Source: Macrostomum lignano (lineage: Eukaryota). Taken from it: a DNA stretch of 64,000 nucleotides. How positions within the stretch are numbered: the stretch's first letter is position 1; each line of letters starts with the position of its first letter. The stretch is from positions 16,398 to 80,397 of the forward strand of contig NIVC01003726.1 of the NCBI GenBank assembly GCA_002269645.1, written 5' to 3'. The notes under the pieces were generated by a model. The model did not search any database and was not told where the DNA came from. It saw nothing but the letters and a program-made list of their open reading frames with translations. The translations under genes were made by a program, and so were the position numbers. Positions 13,285-30,793 of the stretch are shown one piece after another.

Positions 13285-13625
13285 GATCTTAAGGATCAGT
13301 GATTTGGGATCCGTGATGTGGGATTAGAGATTTGGGATTAGTAATTTGGGATTAATGGTTTGGGATTAGTAATTTGGGATCTGTGATTTAGAATTAGTGA
13401 TTTGGGATTAGTGATGTGGAATTAGTGATTTGAGATCAGTGAGTTGGGATCAATGATTTGGGATCAATGATTTGGGATCAATTATTTTGGATCAGTGATT
13501 TGGGATCAGTGATATGGTATTAGTAATATGGGATTACTGATTTGGGATTTGTAATTTAGGATTAGTAACTTGGCATTAGTGATTTTGGATTAGTGATTTG
13601 GGATTATTAATTTCGGATCAGGATT
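13285..13625. repeat. Degenerate 14-bp GGGATTAGTGATTT array
   Basis: Lies between the convergent 3' ends of CFAP276 and the tetraspanin. Confidence 0.85.
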
Positions 13626-13899
13626 CGGGATCGAATTTTAGGTTCCGAACAAATCCATCACATTTATAGTTCACAAAATACAGTTTAAAGTTCACTGATA
13701 TTCCAAGAACTACTTAAGTATATTACGTTACATTAGTCGTCCTATTCTTTAATACGAGTACTCATAAACAGAAAAATCGGTAATAAAACATTTTTATTGA
13801 TAAAAAGAATCAGTTAAGGTTAACAAAAATCACAAATCACTGCAAGTGAAGCAACATATTCATGCAGAAATCAGAGAAGTTGAGAGTTCGAGAATTCGA

Positions 13900-17991
<4,092 letters not shown>

Positions 17992-20231
17992 GTGCCCTCG
18001 CCAATCACGCCATGCATCTGATAGAGTAGCAGGCTCTTGGGAGCCGGGGTAGATGGCTTGTCATGAACTTCTGTGCTTGCGTGGGTTGTCCATCAAGCAG
18101 AACTACATGTATAGGCAGGATGCGGCTTGTGTTATCAGCTCATCAGTCGGTCAGGAAGTATGGTGCATGCACATGGTGTACAGCTCAAGCTTCTCACGAT
18201 AAGCTGCCAGCGTCATGTCCAAACGCTAGCATTATACTTTTCAGGCAAAATAGCCTACGCAAAAAAGTTATCCCCAGCAGCAAGAGCGCTTCGTCAACAC
18301 TTCCGCTTGCCAAACCCAGAAAAAACTGAAATCCAAGAGCAAACTTCTCATTTGCTCCCAGTTTGCTAAGCGGGAGAGAGAAGGCCAAGCAGTAAGGAAA
18401 GGGAAGGCAAAGTAAATTCAAGTTATATAAATTTGAGCTTGAACTATATGTTGACCAAGTGAAACTTGAAGAAAGCTTACTGCATACAAAGGATCGTGTT
18501 TGCTTTTATAGGCTGGCTGGCTTAGAATTTTCTGTCTCGAAAATTGTTTAACTAACTAACGAGGCGACGAGCACAGTAAGGAAAAGGTTTTTTTGCGCGG
18601 TGTCTTTTTTGTAGCTAATAAGACCCCAGGATAGAGATCTGCTCCAAGCCCTTAATTTCGACCCTTTCTTGCTTTGTACACTGAAGTTTGTTTGACGCTT
18701 CGGGGTAGGAGGATCTTTGCAAGAGTACAGTACGTAGAAGTGAACCCCGAGGGGGTGGTTGTTCACGAATGTACATTGATTTCAAAGGACCGATTGGTCA
18801 AACAGAGGGGGGTGTGCCGCGTGCGTACATTGCGGCCTTCCCCCCACTTAACACACAAGCCCCCGCTGTCTCAATATTTAAAATAAGTCTGCCCGAATAG
18901 ATATCGGCCACTGCTGTGCATGTCGCTCTCCAATTAAGTGTGTCCTAAATTAAAATTGTCTTAAATATCTGCGATTTTGACAATTCTGTTTTTTGACTCC
19001 CTCCCATAAAGTACACGCACCCGAGATTGATTAGACCTGCCTTTTCTTAACACAGTCTCTCGGCCAGGCCTCAAGGCGAATCGCAGATTGCACAGAAAGC
19101 CTCAATCTTCAGCCTCAGTGAATCCCGTCCATCCATAATTTATTGTCTTCTCTCGTTTTTCTTACCCACTCCCCGTATACTAAGCCTGCGAGTGCCAGCC
19201 TCTCTGCTGCATCAGATTAAACCCGTTTATTGCAGCCGGGATAGCGAATCCTCCTCCGCCCTCATAACACATAGCCATTTGCATATAATCTGAGATCAAA
19301 ATCTGTCAAAGCCAGTGAGAAAGGAAGGAGAAAGAAAGGATATTCTCCCTCGGCAACGAGTCCAGTAAAAAAGTGTAACTGCGGTTAAGGGTTAACTTGC
19401 TTCGGTTGGCCTTAGAGCTTCTTACATCGTCTTCAGAAACCAGCAACAAAGGTAAGGCTGTTATTAGCCAATTTACATCATTGCACATACCTATAAGTAC
19501 AGCAGGGTGACACCATGGCGCCTCAAAGCCGGACCAAATAAGTCCCACAGCTAACGCCCTTGCATCAAATTGACGAAATGAGTTTAATTTTGGCTCGCAG
19601 CTTTATATCTTTAAGTTTCTTATATAACTGGCTTAGTAAGTATCGAAATTTTGCTAATCATTTTGGCTAGCTTATGCGTTAATATTATACCCTAGTAATT
19701 AATGATCAATGCCTTATATATGTATTCATGCATTTTTGGTTTTTGGGGAGTTCTGCTTCTACTCGCAAATCCTGAAGCAGCAACTATAGTCTTTTATCTG
19801 GCACAGGTTTTTCATTACTCGCGAGTTGTAACTCAGAAAGGCTTCAAAATCCTTTCATATTGAGTCTTTATGGTTCTTACGAGCGTAATTGTAAATCTGA
19901 ATTCTGCACGAGATAGTTTTTTATCAGTTTTTTCTAATTAGTTACCGTGCTCTCAATGAGAGCGAGGGGAGATTGGGTTTCTTCTGCAATCTGCATGGAG
20001 CAGTGCAACAGTGTGCACACTAAACCTTTTCTGCTAGCTACACTAGCTACAGTTATTAAAGTACACGGTTCTTACATTAGATTGTGCCAATTGCAACTTG
20101 GCTAGTTTCTTATCTGTAGGCGATTATATAAGGCCAAGTTGTGATTATTAGTTTTAAGTAAAAATTAAACATGATTTATAACGCTGCCAAGTGCTTAAAC
20201 TTTGCTCAAATCGGTGCTGGTATCAGTACTT

Positions 20232-20716
20232 CAGGGTCTGGGATCTGTGATTCAGGGTCTGGGATCAGTAATTCAGGATCTGGGATCAGTAATTAAGGGT
20301 CTGGGATCAGTAATTCAGGATCTGGGATAAGTAATTCAGGATCTGGGATCTGTGATTCAGGATCTGGGATCAGTAATTCAGGATCTGGGATCAGTAATTC
20401 AGGATCTGGGATCAGTAATTCAGGATCTGGGATCAGTAATTCAGGATCTGGGATCTGTGATTCAGGATCTGGGATCAGTAATTCAGGATCTGGGATCAGT
20501 AATTCAGGATCTGGGATCAGTAATTCAGGATCTGGGATCAGTAATTCAGGATCTGGGATCAGTAATTCAGGATCTGGGATCAGTAATTCAGGATCTGGGA
20601 TCAGTAATTCAGGATCTGGGATCAGTAATTCAGGATCTGGGATCAGTAATTCAGGATCTGGGATCAGTAATTCAGGATCTGGGATCAGTAATTCAGGATC
20701 TGGGATCAGTAATTCG
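20232..20716. repeat. 21-bp CAGGATCTGGGATCAGTAATT array
   Basis: About 23 near-identical copies. Confidence 0.95.
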
Positions 20717-20992
20717 TAATGCGTGATCTGTAATACAGAATGTGAAGTCTGGATCAGTGGATTCTGTAATTTGTGATGAGAAATCAACTAATCTTTAATC
20801 ATTTCATTCTTGCTTAGTAATTTGAAGCCATCCTAGCAGTCAGAGCTGCTGCTAAAGCAGTTGCCAACCTTTTAATTACAAATCTTAGTCTTCTTCTTTA
20901 GCAGAGCAGAACAAATCTGCACAAGCTTTGATGCAATTATTGCTTTTTATAAGTAGCATATGAACACACTAAGATAAGCTCGTAGAATTTAT

Positions 20993-21410
20993 GGCTGTTA
21001 TAAGACGCTAAGGCTGTAAGAAGCTATAAGGCTGTAAGACGCGAAGGCTGCAAGAAGCTAAGGCTTTAGGAAGCTAAGGCTGTAAGACGCTAAGGCTGTA
21101 GCCTGTAAGAAGCTAAGGCTGTAAGACGCTAAGGCTGTAAGAAGCTAAGGCTGTAAGACGAGAAGGCTGCAAGACGCGAAGGCTGTAAGACGCTAAGGCT
21201 GAAAGACGCTAAGGCTGTAAGACGCTAAGGCTGAAAGACGCTAAGGCTGTAAGACGCTAAGGCTGTAAGACGCTAAGGCTGCAAGATGCTAAGGCTGAAA
21301 GACGCTAAGGCTGTAAGACGCTAAGGCTGTAAGACGCTAAGGCTGTAAGACGCTAAGGCTGTAAGACGCTAAGGCTGCAAGATGGAAAGGCTGTAAGACG
21401 GTAAGGCTCT
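20993..21410. repeat. 16-bp GGCTGTAAGACGCTAA array
   Basis: Direct tandem copies. Confidence 0.95.
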
Positions 21411-22087
21411 TAGACCCTGACACCATAGCAGCCATGCCATTCGGGTTGTTAATTAACAGAGATGTTTAGCAAAGGCACCAACACACTCATACAATGATGA
21501 AGCCAATCACTGCAAAAGGCTAAGTGGTTTCATCTGTATACATCTGCTTTTTCCCCTCATTAATGCCTCATCACGAGAGTTGGGCAAACAACCATAGCCC
21601 TTAGCTTTCATAGTTGCTGCTTTTGCAATAATTTAGCACTGCGCAATGCAAAATACCACAGGATCTATTTTGAGCAGAGCGTGTGAGCAGCTCATCTGGT
21701 CCACCAGATTGCCTAAGGATTAAATGACTGCTCATGTCTGTCGAGAACTTGAGAAGATTGACAAGAAGCATGAGCTAATGGCAGTAAGAGTCATTTTTAG
21801 GGAGAAATTTTCGGGGTGGGTCCTTTATTCCCTCTCGCTTCTCTACTCGGCTTTCTCAATCCCATTTTCTTTCTCTCTTCTCGACAACTCGAGTCTTCCT
21901 GTTGCTTTCTCTCCTCCCTGTCTGCTTTTCTCCAGCATAAGTGCGTTCCCAGTTGCCTCTTCCTGCGAACCACAGAGCGCTGCCTCCCGCCACTTCCTTT
22001 CTCTGTGTGCTGCTTCATTTTAGGGACTTTTGCCCCTTGATGATGGGCATCACTTACTGCATGGAGCTCTCTGACTGTCTCGGCTGC

Positions 22088-22437
<350 letters not shown>

Positions 22438-22464
22438 ACGCATACAGGTAATTTTCGCTGCCAG

Positions 22465-24531
22465 AAAGCCAGCCAGCACCAGCATGGAGGCTGCGCCATC
22501 CATCGCGCTGCACTGCCCGCATCCGGAGCGGATTCGAACTCCGGACTCCGCATGCGAATCTGTCCGAGCTGCAGTGAACGCCATCATCGGCTCTGACTCT
22601 GACGGTGGCACCGGCGGCGTCTCCGAAGCCGAGCGTCGGGCAATTCAGCTTGCCAACTTCTCCAACTGGGAGCACGAGGACGCCCGGCTGCTGGTATACA
22701 TGCGCCAGATCTACATCGATGTCGGCTTGGTGGAGCGACTGCCGATTGATGAGGACAAACTGCTGTCGTTCCTGCTCAGGATTTATGCTGGGTATAACCA
22801 GGTAAAGCTTTGGGTTGAGATTTGTCAGGGTGAGATTCTAGGAATCTAGTGTTGAGATGTCAGGATGAGATTCTAGGAATCTAATGATGAGATTTGTCAG
22901 GGTGAGATTCTAGGAATCTAATGATGAGATTTGTCAGGGTGAGATTCTAGGAATCTAATGATGAGATTTGTCGGGGTGAGATTCTAGGAATCTAGTGTTG
23001 AGATTTGTCAGGGTGAGATTCTAGGAATCTAGTGTTGCGATGTCAGGGTGAGATTCTAGGCAAAATATACCCAACAGCATTCCCACGCTAATCTCATTCC
23101 TTGTCCACAGGTTCCTTTCCACAATTTCCGTCACTGCTTCATGGTGACGCAGATGACCTACTCAATAATTTGGCTGGGCAATCTTCATGCAATCTGCTCA
23201 GACTCCGAGCTTGTCGCCCTGCTCACAGCCGCTGTCTGTCACGATCTGGACCATCCCGGCTTATCGAACTACTATCAGCGCCTGGCTGCCACCAAGATCG
23301 CATCGAGCTACTCGGCCTCCCCGTTGGAGAGCCATCACGCTGCCACGGCTCTGGCGGTGCTGTCGGACCCGGCTTGCGATATCCTGGCCAGCCTGACAGC
23401 GGAGACTCGCTCCGGAGTTGAAGGCGCAATCCAGAGGCTGATCCTGGCCACCGACATGGCGCATCACGCCGAGATTTTGGCCGAGTTTGAGGCGGCCGTG
23501 GAGGCTGGGCAGTTCAGCCTGCAGGATCTGAGCGACTGCTCTGCGGATAGTCGGGAACTCCTGCTGCGAATTGTGCTCAAAACTGCCGACGTTAGCAACG
23601 AGGCGAGGCCCGTGGCAACCGCTGAGCGATGGATCGACTGTCTGCTGGCTGAGTTCTTTGCCGAGGCGCGGCTGGAACAGGAATCTGGTGAGGGAGCTTT
23701 GAGGATGCGCATCGCGGGAAAACTCTTGCTGGACCAGTCTCCAGATCCTCAGTTGCTGGGCCAGCCTCCCAGATCCTCAGTTGCTGGGCCAGCCTCCCAG
23801 ATTCTCAGTTGCTGGGCCAGCCTCCCAGATCCTCAGTTGCTGGGCCAGCCTCCCAGATCCTCAGTTGCTGGGCCAGCCTCCCAGATCCTCAGTTGCTGGG
23901 CCAGCCTCCCAGATCCTCAGTTGCTGGGCAACCTCCCAGATCCTCAGTTGCTGCGCCAGCCTCCCAGATCCTCAGTTGCTGGGCCAGCCTCCCAGATCCT
24001 CAGTTGCTGGACCAGTCTCCCAGATCCTCAGTTGCTGGGCCAGCCACCCAGATCCTCAGTTGCTGGTCAACCTCCCAGATCCTCAGTTGCTGCGCCAGCC
24101 TCCCAGATCCTCAGTTGCTGGACCAGTCTCCCAGATCCTCAGTTGCTGGGCCAGCCTCCCAGATCCGGCAGTGTACCCACTGTGCCTTGGGCGTTGTCAC
24201 CTTGCACAAGCCGCAAACCAATTTCTGTACACAAGTTTTGCAGATGCCAAAAACTCATTATCTCCTACTTTAATAAGTAGTGTACGCATACTCTCCTGCA
24301 CCCTCGCAAGACATCAGTCCCCTGCCGTTCATGAACCCGGCCTTGGTGCGCAAGGCGGTCAGTCAGCAGCAGTTCATCGGCGGCATCGTCCTGCCGCTGT
24401 CCCTCGCTCTCGCCCGCGTGCTGCCGCGCACCGAGACGGACATTGTGCAGCCGGTCAAACGCCAGCTGGAGTTCTACACTCGCCTGGTTGAGGATGAAGA
24501 ACGGGAAGCTGCTGTCGCTGAAGAGGATTGA
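22465..24531 (+). CDS. PDE9A: 3',5'-cyclic nucleotide phosphodiesterase, PDE9-like; 5' end unresolved
   Basis: Exons 22465-22801, 23111-23687, 24311-24531, phases consistent. Motifs VPFHNFRHCFMVTQM, AAVCHDLDHPG, PLESHH, LILATDMAHH, ADVSNEARP, WIDCLLAEFF, PFMN..V.KA.SQQQF match the PDE9 catalytic domain. In-frame ATG at 22484 would give 371 aa. Confidence 0.85.
22822..23060. repeat. About 37-bp repeat with internal palindrome AGATTC-TAG-GAATCT
   Basis: PDE intron, about 6 copies. Confidence 0.9.
23728..24165. repeat. 28-bp CCAGCCTCCCAGATCCTCAGTTGCTGGG array
   Basis: Last PDE intron; inflates the ORF 23141-24280. Confidence 0.95.
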
Positions 24532-27500
24532 CGCAGATGAGGATAATAGCGGCGCTGGTCAGGCATAGCAAAATGGTTGTTTTTTGCATGCTTAAGACTG
24601 GCGAAGTTAGTACGCAGATACTTTATTATTAACGATTGCGTTAAATTTTGTATTAAAATCTAAATCCAATTCAAATTGGCGCGAATGAGGAACGGGTTTT
24701 TTTAAACGGCGGTTAAAACGTCTAAAAAAATCAACAAGTTATTGTAAAACACAGCAATGCGAATTGATTGTCTGCAGAGGAACAAAAGCTTAGGAACTCC
24801 TTAAAATTCATAATAATGAATATAAGACCGTTGTTGGACACCATGGCACGATGCAGAGACAACATGGGGGGTCGGTGTTTTAACCTTTAACCAACCTTTA
24901 ATATAGTATTTAAAGGTTTTCTTAGATTTTGTCTCTCTTTGGCACCAATTTGAATTTGATTTAAATTTAAAGATTTGAATTAGAGTAAAATGATAGAAGT
25001 TAAACTACAAAATCATTCCAAAATTAACTAATTTCAGTTTTACATCTCCACTATATCCTACGAGTATTCTGTGTGTTTTGTTTTTGCCTCCTATCAGATA
25101 TCTTGCTAAATTATTTTTCGACAAGTTTGATATCAAGTTACGAGTAGTTTCGCTTATTCAGGGGTTGGCATTTTTTTACCTCGATGGCCAGGTAAAGAAT
25201 ACAGCTCATGGCCAGATGAGAGAGGAAAGGAGAGGGAATAGAGCAGAGAGAAGAGGAAAGGGGAGATTAGAGGAGATGACGATGAGAGAAGAGATGAGGT
25301 GAGAGATAAAGGAGAGAGAGGACATATGACATAGGATAAGAGAGGAGAGGAGATGAGAGAGGAGAAAAGAGAGCTGAGAAGAGACACAAACCTTGAGCAG
25401 GCCGGATTCATTAGTGAAGTTTTAAAGAATCCGAGAGCCGGAAAAAGAGGCTTCGTTGCATTTTGCCGGACTTTCCGGGTTGATCGGGTTCTGTAATAAA
25501 AACTGTGATTTTTGTTTGTTGCTTTAAAACCTTGTCTGCGTTCTCTTTACGAGCTTTGTCATTCGATATTCATCTGTCAAATGTGTCTCGCATATTTCTA
25601 TACAATATTCTCTATTATTTTACATGTAATTTGTGTTTTTATTATTCTTATCAGGTTGCTGTGATACAATGACTGCTCTCAGTTAAAATTTTCCATTTCG
25701 CCTTGCTTGACCTTGACCAATGCATATGAGCGTTGGAATTTGGCTGCGTTGGAATTTGGCTGCGTTGGAATTTGGCTTGTTTCATTTAGACTTATTTATA
25801 TAACAGATTTTAGACTGACTTTTAAATATCGAACTTATGCAATATTAACGGCCACTAATATTATTTAATGACATGATCGAAGTAAAATATCAATGACATT
25901 TGTGAATTTTCAGCTAAATGTGCAAAAGCTGACTTTTGAAATCGTTTTAAATACACTTAATGTCTGACATTTCTATAGCGATTTTTGCTGACATGCTTAC
26001 TGCTTGAGCTGTCGTGAAATTATCCGGGTCCCGCATTGTCCTCCAAATGTCTTTAATTAATAGAGGCCCACGACTTGCCAGAGGTTCCGGGATCATTGCA
26101 ATGCTTATACTTTTACGAGTAGTATCTGGATGTTCTCACGCTTGTCCCAGACCCAGACTAAAACTGGAAATATCTACCTCAACACCAAGGATCACTAGAA
26201 GAAGTGGTCTTCTAGTGGTCCTTGCTCAACACATTTTTAAATGTGTTTTTCAAAAGCAGCAATTTTTCTGAGTCTCGAATGTAGCAACACGGTTATATCA
26301 GAAAATAGGCTACGAACAATTTATTAAAACTAACTTTCTTATTGAAGGAATCTGCGCTATTTTTGTTTTAATGTATGTTTTAACGATTTTAAAATACAAA
26401 TCACTTAGATTTTTGTGCTGATATATAATAATGTTTGTGTGCCGATTTAATGACAATTAATTAAACTTAGGTTTTATATAATAATATATATGTTAATACA
26501 ATTTTGATTTAAATTTCAGCATCACTGCTCTCTTCTGTTTGAGTTCTCCGCTGTAAGCCATTGGTAGTTGGTACTGATGTTGCTAGAGACGTAGAGAGGA
26601 CCACTTGTCTTCTTGACCACTTCGGCATCGGCACTTGTCTTACCTTAAAACTAGGCCAGTAAGGCCAAGGGCACACATAGGATAGTGCCCCTTTGCCTGG
26701 AAATTCTGGCGCACAGAAACCTTCACAGGTCAATACTTTAGCACATGTGGCACATATAGTGTAAATGTGAAGATAGTTTAAAAGCATTTAGCTATAATAA
26801 ATAAAAAGTTGCCCTAGGCCTAGCCTATAGCAAGTTGGAAAAGGATTAAATAGTGAAGACTCAAGGAATATATTTGGTACTAGGCCTACTTGAATACCAA
26901 ATAGAGGAATGTTATCATTATATTGACTATAAACTTAATTTTTTGTTTTATCAATAATTATAATTGCAATACAAGCTTTATTAACAAGTTGTAAACTTAG
27001 TTAGCTTTATTAAAAATTTTATATGCAATTAATAATAAAAGTTTTTATTACCAAAAGGATAGATATTTGTAGAAAAAGTAAAAAATCATATATCAAAGTC
27101 TCTATGGCATAAGGCACTTTTTCAAAATTGATCAATCACTTGATCTGCATTAACTGTGCCAACTTCCAGGTGGATATGCAATAGAGATAGAGCTAGTGCA
27201 TGGTAATTTCATCTGCTGGCGAGCCATATGAAGAGTTCTTTTGTGATGTTTTTGCATGTATAGGCCCTAATATTGTTTAATGCAATATTTCTAAGAAATA
27301 TTATATTTAATTTAAATATCTATTGAAAAAAGTTTTGTGGCAATCAGTTAGTCATTAGTGAATCAGAAGTTCACATTTGAATATGATTGTGAGCATTGTT
27401 ATGATCCCTAGCCCCATCCCAATCCAATGATGATAATGCATTTGCTATCTTATTGCAAAGTTTATATAAACTTAACTTTGAATTATATAGCCTACCTATG

Positions 27501-28006
27501 TATAAAAGTCAAGTCAACATTTGGTGGGTCTTAAAATAATTTTTAAGACCTTTCAAATTTGTCTCTTTTCTCAGTTGCACCTGGCTAAGGTCAACTTCAG
27601 GGGGGCAGTTGCCCCTCCCTCTGCTCCCCCCTGTTTCTACCCTTGCAAACACTTCACCTTGTGACCTTTGATGAAAAATAGAAACTTTAAAGAGTTTGTC
27701 ATTTTGGAGATAGGAAGTGTTTCATACTATTAATTTGTAGTTATTTTTGTTAAGATATATGTTTCATAAATATCTTGAAAAGTTCTATTGAAAAAATTAT
27801 TTTATTTCCCAGTTTTCTAGAATATTCAAACATAGAGAAGTCTTAACAATAGATAATGATATAAAAGAAAGCTAAAAAATAATAAAATGTTGTTTAAAAT
27901 TAATTAAAAATGATAGTAAAAAATTGTTCTTGGCAAAATGATCATACATAGTACCCTAGACCTACCAGCCTATAGGTTATAGAACTTGTTTCAATGACAA
28001 GATACT

Positions 28007-28546
28007 CAGTGTTCGGAGTGGGGGGTCCTGCAATTTTTTGCGCCTGAGGTAAATTTTTGCGCCTATGAGTATGCCTAGGGGCGCAGTCTACTGAAAACAA
28101 CAGGTAAATCCCGGTAGTGTTCAAATTTTAGCCCTTAAAAGTATTTTCAGTGCCTAAGTTCCTGTACTAATTTCCACAGCACATTTTATATAAACAAAAA
28201 TAAATCCACAGCTGGAAAAACGCAAAAATGATCGCAGGCAAGGACTCCATCATTTAACCCACATCCTAAACATGTGCCTGACTACATTGCATAGCACACA
28301 GTAGAATAGGCAATATATTGTACCGGAAAACAGCACTGACTTGCCTTGCATACTAATATTGGAGAATAAACCACCCAACAAATTGGAACAACGTTGCGTT
28401 GTGCGCCATTGAGGAGCCAAAAAATGTAAAGATTTGCGCCATTGAGGAGCCAAAAAATTCACGCCATGGCTTCAGAATTCGCGGATTCGCGCCTGTCCGA
28501 GCCATTTTCGCGCCAAGCACGAATTTGCTCCACGCTCTGAACACTG
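28007..28546. mobile_element. Non-autonomous hAT-type MITE, 540 bp
   Basis: Left end CAGTGTTCGGAGTG and right end ACGCTCTGAACACTG form imperfect TIRs. An identical 8-bp TSD AAGATACT flanks them at 27999-28006 and 28547-28554. No transposase ORF; internal duplicated GCGCCATTGAGGAGCCAAAAAAT. Confidence 0.85.
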
Positions 28547-29392
28547 AAGATACTTTGGTGACAAGAAGACCCTATTGGTGATAGCCATTGCAGTTTCAAA
28601 CATAAAATTATCTTGCCAATCTTGCATTGATTTATTTAATTCTGTTTATTTACTTTATAGAGTTACAATCTATTGTATTTATTTTACCTTTTCTAAACCC
28701 TATTGTTTTTCTTGTGATACTGATAGGCATTTTATGATTGATAAAAAATCTAATATAGCCAAAATGGCCAAAACCTTTGCAACAAAGCCTAAAGTCTGTC
28801 TTAGGCCTAAAATGCATAGAAAGACCATAGAAAAACATTTTTTGCCATTTTTGCTATAACCAATGCCTTTAATTCCTTTTTCTTATAGTAAAAATAATTT
28901 ACTATATTAAAAGTTGTTTCAAAGCAAAGCAAAGCAAAAGTTTTTTCTCAATGACAAAAAGTCCATTTAGAATTAAAGTCAACAGTGGTAGAAAATTGAC
29001 TAGCTAGGTTTACTTTTGAAATAAGATAGAAAAAATATTGTAGTATATGATTAGGGATTAAATTAGTAAGTAGCTATAGCATACATGCGCAACAGTCGGC
29101 CGATTTGGTGGCCAACCTTGGAAGTCGCAAAAATGCCCACCCAAAAAACACCAAGTAGTAGTACTAAGTAGCTGACGAGGCATTTTTGCTTTGTAAGACA
29201 CTCATAGTTATTCCTGCCATTTACCCAAAGTTGCGTTAATTGCGTTTTTTACATGTAAGTCGCATTTTTGGCCAACAACTACGTCGCATTTTTGTTAAAA
29301 CTAAGTTGCACGGCCGACCGAATTTTGAAGGTCGCGCATGTATGAGCTATAGCCATAATTATAATGTTACTACTAGATGGGTTATACAGGCT

Positions 29393-30786
29393 GATATCTG
29401 GTTTATTACAGAGCAATCTTTGATATCTGGTTTATTACAGAGCAATCTTTGATATCTGGTTTATTACAGAGCAATCTTTGATATCTGGTTTATTACAGAG
29501 CAATCTTTGATATCTGGTTTATTACAGAGCAATCTTTGATATCTGGTTTATTGCAGAGCAGTCTTTGATATCTGGTTTATTGCAGAGCAATCTTTGATAT
29601 CTGGTTTATTACAGTGCAATCTTTGATATCTGGTTTATTACAGAGCAATCTTTGATATCTGGTTTATTACAGAGCAATCTTTGATATCTGGTTTATTACA
29701 GAGCAATCTTTGATATCTGGTTTATTACAGTGCAATCTTTGATATCTGGTTTATTACAGAGCAATCTTTGATATCTGGTTTATTACAGAGCAATCTTTGA
29801 TATCTGGTTTATTACAGAGCAGTCTTTGATATCTGGTTTATTACAGAGCAATCTTTGATATCTGGTTTATTACAGAGCAATCTTTGATATCTGGTTTATT
29901 ACAGAGCAATCTTTGATATCTGGTTTATTACAGAGCAATCTTTGATATCTAGTTTATTACAGAGCAATCTTTGATATCTGGTTTATTACAGAGCAATCTT
30001 TGATATCTTGTTTATTACAGAGCAGTCTTTGATATCTGGTTTATTACAGAGCAGTCTTTGATATCTGGTTTATTACAGAGCAATCTTTGATATCTGGTTT
30101 ATTACAGAGCAATCTTTGATATCTGGTTTATTACAGAGCAATCTTTGATATCTGGTTTATTACAGAGCAATCTTTGATATCTGGTTTATTACAGAGCAAT
30201 CTTTGATATCTGGTTTATTACAGAGCAATCTTTGATATCTGGTTTATTACAGAGCAATCTTTGATATCTGGTTTATTACAGAGCAATCTTTGATATCTGG
30301 TTTATTACAGAGCAGTCTTTGATATCTGGTTTATTACAGAGCAGTCTTTGATATCTGGTTTATTACAGAGCAATCTTTGATATCTGGTTTATTACAGAGC
30401 AATCTTTGATATCTGGTTTATTACAGAGCAGTCTTTGATATCTGGTTTATTACAGAGCAGTCTTTGATATCTGGTTTATTACAGAGCAATCTTTGATATC
30501 TGGTTTATTACAGAGCAATCTTTGATATCTGGTTTATTACAGAGCAATCTTTGATATCTGGTTTATTACAGAGCAATCTTTGATATCTGGTTTATTACAG
30601 AGCAATCTTTGATATCTGGTTTATTACAGAGCAATCTTTGATATCTGGTTTATTACAGAGCAATCTTTGATATCTGGTTTATTACAGAGGAATCTTTGAT
30701 ATCTGGTTTATTACAGAGCAATCTTTGATATCTGGTTTATTACAGAGCAATCTTTGATATCTGGTTTATTAATGAGCAATCTTTGA
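29393..30786. repeat. 29-bp satellite GATATCTGGTTTATTACAGAGCAATCTTT, about 48 copies
   Basis: Highly homogeneous; ends 7 nt before the ATG at 30794. Confidence 0.97.
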
Positions 30787-30793
30787 AAATTGA

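Noticed and set aside
21724-21783. Candidate first PDE exon MTAHVCRELEKIDKKHELMA
   Set aside because: It ends in phase 0, while the next firm exon needs phase 2; no bridging exon was found.
26509-26787. 92-aa ORF as a transposase remnant
   Set aside because: No recognisable DDE, zinc-finger or dimerisation motif.
29393-30786. CRISPR-like 29-bp direct repeats
   Set aside because: The units are contiguous with no spacers, there are no cas genes, and the context is eukaryotic.
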